This document shows positions 55,696 through 64,000 of a DNA stretch of 64,000 nucleotides, in pieces. The DNA lies in NCBI RefSeq assembly GCF_044324785.1, contig NZ_CP172127.1; one strand, given 5' to 3'. Position numbers and translations under genes: made by a program. The stretch's first letter is position 1. The number at the start of each line of letters is the position of its first letter. The notes under the pieces are model-generated. The model searched no databases, had not been told where the DNA came from, and saw nothing but the letters and a program-made list of their open reading frames with translations. Origin of the DNA: Escherichia coli (lineage in GTDB: Bacteria > Pseudomonadota > Gammaproteobacteria > Enterobacterales > Enterobacteriaceae).

Positions 55696-56331
55696 TTGGC
55701 AACTCACGAGCGTCGTGTGGTGTTTTTTGACTTAGATGGAACATTGCATCAGCAGGATATGTTCGGCAGTTTTCTGCGCTATTTACTGCGTCGCCAACCG
55801 CTGAATGCGTTACTTGTCCTGCCGTTGTTGCCGATTATAGCCATTGCGTTATTGATAAAAGGTCGTGCGGCACGCTGGCCGATGAGTCTGCTTCTGTGGG
55901 GATGCACTTTTGGTCACAATGAAGCGCGTTTGCAGGCGTTGCAGGCCGATTTCGTACGCTGGTTTCGTGACAATGTTACCGCCTTTCCGCTGGTTCAGGA
56001 GCGATTAACCACCTACCTGTTAAGTTCCGATGCTGATATCTGGTTGATTACCGGCTCTCCGCAGCCGCTGGTTGAAGCGGTTTATTTCGATACGCCCTGG
56101 CTGCCGCGGGTTAATCTTATCGCCAGTCAGTTTCAGCGTGGCTATGGTGGTTGGGTATTGACGATGCGTTGCCTCGGGCATGAGAAGGTCGCGCAACTGG
56201 AGCGTAAAATCGGCACGCCACTGCGGTTGTACAGTGGCTATAGCGACAGTAATCAGGACAACCCGCTGCTTTATTTCTGTCAGCATCGCTGGCGAGTAAC
56301 CCCGCGCGGTGAACTCCAGCAACTGGAATAG
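55696..56331 (+). CDS. pgpC: Phosphatidylglycerophosphatase C (HAD family)
   Basis: 211 aa, HAD motif FFDLDGTL. Confidence 0.9.
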   Translation: MATHERRVVFFDLDGTLHQQDMFGSFLRYLLRRQPLNALLVLPLLPIIAIALLIKGRAARWPMSLLLWGCTFGHNEARLQALQADFVRWFRDNVTAFPLVQERLTTYLLSSDADIWLITGSPQPLVEAVYFDTPWLPRVNLIASQFQRGYGGWVLTMRCLGHEKVAQLERKIGTPLRLYSGYSDSNQDNPLLYFCQHRWRVTPRGELQQLE

Positions 56332-56343
56332 AGTAAAGCATAG

Positions 56344-58445
<2,102 letters not shown>

Positions 58446-58610
58446 TTAGTTAATTCTCTGTGTCGTGCGCGTCCCAGCTTGAAAAAACGTAATAATAGTG
58501 AAAGGTTTACTCATAAATGAGCGGCATTTTGCGTAAACCTGCGCCAGTTGGCAACTTATTACAGCCATTGGCGGCACGCGTTGCTAATTCTCGATGGTGA
58601 TTTTATTTCC

Positions 58611-58626
58611 ACGCAAACGGTTTCGT
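58611..58626 (+). promoter_or_regulatory. PurR operator in the purL promoter
   Basis: ACGCAAACGGTTTCGT matches the PurR box consensus. Confidence 0.8.
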
Positions 58627-58702
58627 CAGCGCATCAGATTCTTTATAATGACGCCCGTTTCCCCCCCTTGGGTACACCGAAAGCTTAGAAGACGAGAGAC
58701 TT

Positions 58703-61700
58703 ATGATGGAAATTCTGCGTGGTTCGCCTGCATTGTCGGCATTCCGAATCAACAAACTGCTGGCACGTTTTCAGGCTGCCAGGCTCCCGGTTCACACTAT
58801 TTACGCCGAGTATGTCCATTTTGCTGACCTCAATGCGCCGTTAAACGATGATGAGCACGCACAACTTGAACGCCTGCTGAAATATGGCCCGGCACTCGCC
58901 AGCCACGCCCCGCAAGGCAAACTCCTGCTGGTGACCCCGCGTCCTGGCACCATCTCTCCCTGGTCTTCGAAAGCGACCGATATTGCCCATAACTGCGGGC
59001 TGCAACAGGTAAACCGTCTTGAGCGCGGCGTGGCTTACTATATAGAAGCCGGTACGCTGACCAATGAACAATGGCAGCAGGTTACCGCTGAACTGCACGA
59101 CCGCATGATGGAAACGGTCTTTTTTGCTTTAGATGATGCAGAGCAGCTGTTTGCACACCATCAACCGACTCCGGTCACCAGCGTTGATTTGCTGGGGCAG
59201 GGCCGTCAGGCGCTAATCGACGCTAACCTGCGTCTTGGCCTGGCACTGGCGGAAGATGAAATTGACTATTTGCAGGATGCTTTCACAAAGCTTGGTCGTA
59301 ACCCGAACGACATCGAACTGTATATGTTTGCCCAGGCGAACTCCGAGCACTGCCGCCACAAAATTTTTAACGCCGACTGGGTTATCGATGGTGAACAGCA
59401 GCCGAAATCGCTGTTTAAGATGATCAAAAACACCTTCGAAACCACGCCGGATCACGTTCTCTCTGCTTATAAAGATAACGCCGCCGTAATGGAAGGTTCT
59501 GAAGTGGGCCGCTACTTTGCTGACCACGAAACGGGCCGCTACGATTTCCATCAGGAACCGGCGCATATTCTGATGAAAGTCGAAACTCACAACCACCCGA
59601 CTGCGATTTCTCCGTGGCCGGGCGCGGCGACCGGTTCCGGCGGTGAAATCCGCGATGAAGGTGCCACCGGACGTGGCGCAAAGCCGAAAGCTGGTTTGGT
59701 TGGTTTCTCCGTTTCCAACCTGCGAATTCCTGGCTTCGAACAGCCGTGGGAAGAAGATTTCGGTAAGCCTGAGCGCATTGTCACCGCGCTGGACATCATG
59801 ACCGAAGGCCCGCTGGGCGGCGCGGCATTTAACAACGAATTTGGTCGTCCGGCACTGAACGGCTACTTCCGTACTTATGAAGAAAAAGTGAACAGCCACA
59901 ATGGCGAAGAGCTGCGCGGTTATCACAAACCGATCATGCTGGCGGGTGGGATCGGCAACATTCGCGCCGATCACGTACAAAAAGGCGAGATCAACGTTGG
60001 TGCGAAGCTGGTCGTTCTCGGCGGCCCGGCAATGAACATCGGTCTTGGCGGCGGCGCGGCGTCTTCCATGGCATCTGGTCAGTCTGATGCCGACCTCGAC
60101 TTTGCTTCCGTACAGCGCGACAACCCGGAGATGGAGCGTCGCTGCCAGGAAGTGATCGACCGTTGCTGGCAGCTTGGTGATGCCAACCCAATCCTGTTTA
60201 TCCACGACGTTGGCGCAGGCGGTCTTTCTAACGCCATGCCGGAACTGGTGAGCGACGGCGGGCGCGGCGGTAAATTTGAACTGCGCGATATCCTGAGCGA
60301 CGAACCGGGCATGAGCCCGCTGGAAATCTGGTGTAACGAATCCCAGGAACGCTACGTGCTGGCGGTTGCTGCCGATCAGTTACCGCTGTTTGACGAACTG
60401 TGTAAGCGTGAACGAGCGCCATACGCGGTGATTGGCGAGGCCACCGAAGAATTACATCTTTCTCTGCACGATCGTCATTTTGATAATCAACCCATCGATC
60501 TGCCGCTGGACGTGCTACTCGGCAAAACGCCGAAGATGACTCGCGATGTACAAACGCTGAAAGCGAAAGGCGACGCGCTGGCCCGTGAAGGGATCACCAT
60601 CGCTGACGCGGTGAAACGCGTGCTGCATCTGCCGACCGTGGCGGAGAAAACTTTCCTGGTGACCATTGGTGACCGCAGCGTAACCGGCATGGTAGCGCGC
60701 GATCAGATGGTGGGTCCGTGGCAGGTGCCGGTCGCTAACTGCGCGGTCACTACCGCCAGCCTCGATAGCTACTACGGCGAAGCGATGGCAATTGGCGAGC
60801 GTGCGCCGGTTGCGCTGCTGGATTTCGCCGCCTCTGCCCGTCTGGCGGTCGGTGAAGCGTTAACCAATATTGCCGCAACACAGATTGGCGATATCAAACG
60901 CATTAAACTTTCCGCGAACTGGATGGCAGCGGCAGGTCATCCAGGCGAAGATGCGGGCCTGTATGAAGCCGTTAAAGCTGTGGGCGAAGAGCTTTGTCCG
61001 GCGCTGGGCCTGACGATCCCGGTGGGTAAAGACTCTATGTCGATGAAAACCCGCTGGCAGGAAGGTAACGAAGAGCGCGAAATGACGTCGCCGCTGTCGC
61101 TGGTGATTTCTGCATTTGCCCGTGTGGAAGATGTGCGTCACACCATCACGCCGCAGCTTTCTACCGAAGATAACGCATTACTGCTGATTGATCTGGGCAA
61201 AGGCAATAACGCGCTGGGCGCAACGGCGCTGGCGCAGGTTTATCGTCAGCTTGGCGACAAACCGGCAGATGTACGCGACGTCGCGCAACTGAAAGGTTTC
61301 TATGACGCGGTTCAGGCGCTGGTAGCACAGCGTAAGCTGCTCGCGTACCACGACCGCTCTGATGGCGGCCTGCTGGTAACGCTGGCGGAAATGGCCTTTG
61401 CTGGTCATTGCGGCATTGACGCGGATATCGCCACTCTGGGTGACGATCGCCTGGCGGCGTTGTTTAACGAAGAACTGGGTGCGGTGATTCAGGTTCGAGC
61501 CGCTGACCGTGAAGCCGTTGAAGTGGTACTGGCACAGCATGGGCTTGCTGATTGCGTCCATTATGTTGGCCAGGCGGTTTCCGGTGACCGTTTTGTGATT
61601 ACCGCCAACGGGCAGACTGTATTCAGCGAAAGCCGCACTACGTTGCGTGTCTGGTGGGCAGAAACTACCTGGCAGATGCAGCGCCTGCGTGACAACCCGG

Positions 61701-62590
61701 AGTGTGCCGATCAGGAACATCAGGCGAAATCCAACGACGCCGATCCGGGCCTGAATGTGAAACTGTCGTTCGATATTAACGAAGATGTAGCAGCTCCGTT
61801 TATCGCTACTGGCGCGCGCCCGAAAGTTGCCGTACTGCGTGAGCAAGGCGTGAACTCGCATGTTGAAATGGCGGCAGCTTTCCACCGTGCGGGCTTTGAT
61901 GCTATCGACGTGCATATGAGCGACCTGCTGACTGGACGCACGGGACTGGAGGATTTCCACGCCCTGGTCGCGTGCGGTGGTTTCTCCTACGGTGATGTGC
62001 TGGGTGCCGGTGAAGGTTGGGCGAAGTCTATCCTGTTCAATGACCGTGTACGCGATGAGTTTGCAACCTTCTTCCACCGTCCGCAAACGCTGGCGCTGGG
62101 GGTATGTAACGGTTGCCAGATGATGTCTAATCTGCGTGAACTGATCCCAGGTAGTGAGTTGTGGCCACGTTTTGTGCGCAATACCTCCGATCGCTTTGAA
62201 GCGCGTTTCAGCCTGGTTGAAGTGACCCAAAGCCCATCGCTGCTATTGCAGGGGATGGTGGGCTCACAGATGCCGATTGCTGTGTCTCACGGTGAAGGGC
62301 GCGTGGAAGTGCGCGATGCGGCGCATCTGGCGGAGCTGGAAAGTAAAGGGCTGGTGGCACTGCGCTATGTCGATAACTTCGGTAAAGTCACTGAAACCTA
62401 CCCGGCTAACCCGAACGGTTCTCCGAATGGTATTACGGCGGTTACGACTGAAAGTGGTCGAGTCACCATTATGATGCCGCACCCGGAACGTGTTTTCCGT
62501 ACTGTCAGCAACTCCTGGCATCCGGAAAACTGGGGCGAGGATGGCCCATGGATGCGCATTTTCCGCAATGCGCGTAAGCAGTTGGGGTAA
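58703..62590 (+). CDS. purL: Phosphoribosylformylglycinamidine synthase (FGAM synthase, large single-chain form)
   Basis: 1295 aa [26 protein letters not shown]...; C-terminal glutamine amidotransferase domain. Confidence 0.97.
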   Translation: MMEILRGSPALSAFRINKLLARFQAARLPVHTIYAEYVHFADLNAPLNDDEHAQLERLLKYGPALASHAPQGKLLLVTPRPGTISPWSSKATDIAHNCGLQQVNRLERGVAYYIEAGTLTNEQWQQVTAELHDRMMETVFFALDDAEQLFAHHQPTPVTSVDLLGQGRQALIDANLRLGLALAEDEIDYLQDAFTKLGRNPNDIELYMFAQANSEHCRHKIFNADWVIDGEQQPKSLFKMIKNTFETTPDHVLSAYKDNAAVMEGSEVGRYFADHETGRYDFHQEPAHILMKVETHNHPTAISPWPGAATGSGGEIRDEGATGRGAKPKAGLVGFSVSNLRIPGFEQPWEEDFGKPERIVTALDIMTEGPLGGAAFNNEFGRPALNGYFRTYEEKVNSHNGEELRGYHKPIMLAGGIGNIRADHVQKGEINVGAKLVVLGGPAMNIGLGGGAASSMASGQSDADLDFASVQRDNPEMERRCQEVIDRCWQLGDANPILFIHDVGAGGLSNAMPELVSDGGRGGKFELRDILSDEPGMSPLEIWCNESQERYVLAVAADQLPLFDELCKRERAPYAVIGEATEELHLSLHDRHFDNQPIDLPLDVLLGKTPKMTRDVQTLKAKGDALAREGITIADAVKRVLHLPTVAEKTFLVTIGDRSVTGMVARDQMVGPWQVPVANCAVTTASLDSYYGEAMAIGERAPVALLDFAASARLAVGEALTNIAATQIGDIKRIKLSANWMAAAGHPGEDAGLYEAVKAVGEELCPALGLTIPVGKDSMSMKTRWQEGNEEREMTSPLSLVISAFARVEDVRHTITPQLSTEDNALLLIDLGKGNNALGATALAQVYRQLGDKPADVRDVAQLKGFYDAVQALVAQRKLLAYHDRSDGGLLVTLAEMAFAGHCGIDADIATLGDDRLAALFNEELGAVIQVRAADREAVEVVLAQHGLADCVHYVGQAVSGDRFVITANGQTVFSESRTTLRVWWAETTWQMQRLRDNPECADQEHQAKSNDADPGLNVKLSFDINEDVAAPFIATGARPKVAVLREQGVNSHVEMAAAFHRAGFDAIDVHMSDLLTGRTGLEDFHALVACGGFSYGDVLGAGEGWAKSILFNDRVRDEFATFFHRPQTLALGVCNGCQMMSNLRELIPGSELWPRFVRNTSDRFEARFSLVEVTQSPSLLLQGMVGSQMPIAVSHGEGRVEVRDAAHLAELESKGLVALRYVDNFGKVTETYPANPNGSPNGITAVTTESGRVTIMMPHPERVFRTVSNSWHPENWGEDGPWMRIFRNARKQLG

Positions 62591-62647
62591 GCCGTCAGTC
62601 CATTGGTTTTACAGCCGGATGAGGCATTAAGCACCAACCACTATTAT

Positions 62648-62674
62648 AAGCTCCCAACTTCGGGAGCTTTTTTG
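62648..62674 (+). terminator. purL terminator
   Basis: AAGCTCCCAACTTCGGGAGCTTTTTTG. Confidence 0.85.
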
Positions 62675-62788
62675 TGTCTGTAAATCACGACAATGGGTGG
62701 TTTACCGTGTCGCTTTCTGGCGACACTTAACTGATTGATTTTAATAGTATCTAATAAGTTTATCTTAAGTTGTCTCTTTTTAGCGACA
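62675..62788 (+). promoter_or_regulatory. Three GlrR (sigma-54 enhancer-binding protein) sites upstream of glmY
   Basis: TGTCTGTAAATCACGACA (62675-62692), TGTCGCTTTCTGGCGACA (62708-62725), TGTCTCTTTTTAGCGACA (62771-62788): all TGTC-N10-GACA. Confidence 0.75.
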
Positions 62789-62877
62789 CAGTGGCTGATT
62801 TACATTCAAATAGCGAAGAAGCCATAAATCCCTCAAAGCAGCGTATAATCAGTACGTTACCAAACTATTTTCTTTAT

Positions 62878-62900
62878 TGGCACAGTTACTGCATAATAGT
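62878..62900 (+). promoter_or_regulatory. glmY sigma-54 promoter (-24/-12) overlapping a sigma-70 -10 element
   Basis: TGGCACAGTTACTGCATAAT: TGGCAC-N5-CTGCA sigma-54 core with CATAAT -10 superimposed. Confidence 0.8.
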
Positions 62901-62904
62901 AACC

Positions 62905-63088
62905 AGTGGCTCATTCACCGACTTATGTCAGCCCCTTCGGGACGTGCTACATAAAATTCGAATGACGCACAACAAGGTGCCTGCCGTCCAACTTCTGATA
63001 TCAGCGTAGCTATATCAACCATCGGGCGAAACGTCGAGTTAGGCACCGCCTTATTCCATAACAAAGCCGGGTAATTCCCGGCTTTGTT
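62905..63088 (+). ncRNA. glmY: Small regulatory RNA GlmY (GlmZ decoy controlling glmS)
   Basis: Starts about 12 nt downstream of the sigma-54 -12 element at AGTGGCTCATTCACC; ends at terminator AAAGCCGGGTAATTCCCGGCTTTGTTGT; position between purL and glrK. Confidence 0.8.
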
Positions 63089-63146
63089 GTATCTGAACTT
63101 CCCCTCGGTTAGCATCAGGCTATTCGCGTCTGACGAGAGTAACACC

Positions 63147-64000
63147 TTGAAACGCTGGCCCGTTTTTCCCCGCTCATTACGACAACTGGTAATGCTGGCA
63201 TTTTTGCTGATTCTGCTGCCCCTGTTGGTGCTGGCATGGCAAGCCTGGCAAAGCCTGAATGCGCTTAGCGATCAGGCGGCGCTGGTTAACCGCACTACGC
63301 TTATTGATGCCCGGCGTAGTGAAGCGATGACCAACGCGGCGCTGGAGATGGAGCGTAGTTACCGTCAGTATTGCGTGCTGGACGACCCAACCCTGGCGAA
63401 GGTTTATCAAAGCCAGCGCAAGCGTTACAGCGAAATGCTCGATGCCCACGCAGGCGTGCTGCCGGACGATAAACTCTACCAGGCATTACGTCAGGATTTG
63501 AACAATCTGGCTCAACTTCAGTGTAACAACAGCGGTCCCGATGCTGCCGCCGCCGCACGTCTTGAAGCCTTTGCCAGTGCCAATACCGAAATGGTACAGG
63601 CCACGCGCACAGTGGTGTTCTCTCGTGGGCAGCAGCTTCAGCGTGAAATTGCCGAACGCGGGCAATATTTTGGTTGGCAATCGCTGGTGCTATTTCTGGT
63701 GAGTCTGGTGATGGTGCTACTTTTCACGCGGATGATTATCGGTCCGGTGAAAAATATTGAACGGATGATCAACCGGCTGGGGGAAGGGCGTTCTCTGGGC
63801 AATAGCGTTTCGTTCAGTGGACCGAGTGAGTTACGCTCGGTTGGGCAACGTATTCTTTGGTTAAGTGAGCGCCTGTCATGGCTGGAATCCCAACGTCATC
63901 AATTCTTAAGACATTTATCTCATGAATTAAAAACGCCGCTGGCGAGTATGCGCGAGGGCACTGAATTACTGGCTGACCAGGTTGTCGGGCCGCTTACGCC
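63147..64000 (+). CDS. glrK: Sensor histidine kinase GlrK (YfhK), N-terminal part; gene continues beyond the window
   Basis: Open frame from TTG at 63147 (KRWPVFPRSLRQLVMLAFLLILLPLLVLAW...) through HAMP and HisKA (LSHELKTPL) to the window end; absent from the ORF track because no stop is reached; an alternative ATG start lies near 63192. Confidence 0.8.
   Translation, partial: MKRWPVFPRSLRQLVMLAFLLILLPLLVLAWQAWQSLNALSDQAALVNRTTLIDARRSEAMTNAALEMERSYRQYCVLDDPTLAKVYQSQRKRYSEMLDAHAGVLPDDKLYQALRQDLNNLAQLQCNNSGPDAAAAARLEAFASANTEMVQATRTVVFSRGQQLQREIAERGQYFGWQSLVLFLVSLVMVLLFTRMIIGPVKNIERMINRLGEGRSLGNSVSFSGPSELRSVGQRILWLSERLSWLESQRHQFLRHLSHELKTPLASMREGTELLADQVVGPLT

Noticed and set aside
59213-60205. 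330-aa ORF on the minus strand inside purL (and a second 350-aa ORF at 61178-62230)
   Set aside because: Both lie entirely antisense to the well-conserved purL coding sequence. Long antisense ORFs are expected by chance in GC-rich, codon-biased genes, and there is no promoter, Shine-Dalgarno or recognisable domain.
62770-63009. 79-aa plus-strand ORF between purL and glrK
   Set aside because: It overlaps the GlrR binding sites, the sigma-54 promoter and most of the glmY small RNA; it has no ribosome binding site and the region is better explained as non-coding regulatory RNA.

Overview
This window is a contiguous, apparently intact segment of Escherichia coli K-12-type core chromosome, presented reverse-complemented relative to the reference, running from the 3' end of ratA to the 5' end of glrK and spanning the complete rrnG ribosomal RNA operon. 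I recognise about 60 protein genes by translated sequence, length and gene order: ratA'-ratB-bamE-recN-nadK-grpE-yfjD-ypjD-ffh-rpsP-rimM-trmD-rplS-yfiB-dgcN-yfiR-yfiL-aroF-tyrA-pheA-pheL-raiA-bamD-rluD-pgeF-clpB-[rrsG-gltW-rrlG-rrfG]-kgtP-yfiM-pssA-patZ-yfiP-trxC-yfiF-ung-grcA-eamB-yfiE-srmB-yfiC-nadB-rpoE-rseABC-lepA-lepB-rnc-era-recO-pdxJ-acpS-shoB-yfhL-yfhH-pgpC-tadA-mltF-purL-glmY-glrK'. All genes appear full length with no frameshifts, and I found no insertion sequence, prophage, CRISPR array or unexplained cargo. I therefore do not see a previously undescribed system here. The features the ORF track misses are the 26-codon shoB toxin gene, the glmY small RNA with its sigma-54 promoter and three upstream TGTC-N10-GACA sites, the pheL leader peptide, and several non-ATG starts. 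Coordinates were counted by hand and may be off by a base or two; gene names and reference comparisons are from memory, not from a database search.
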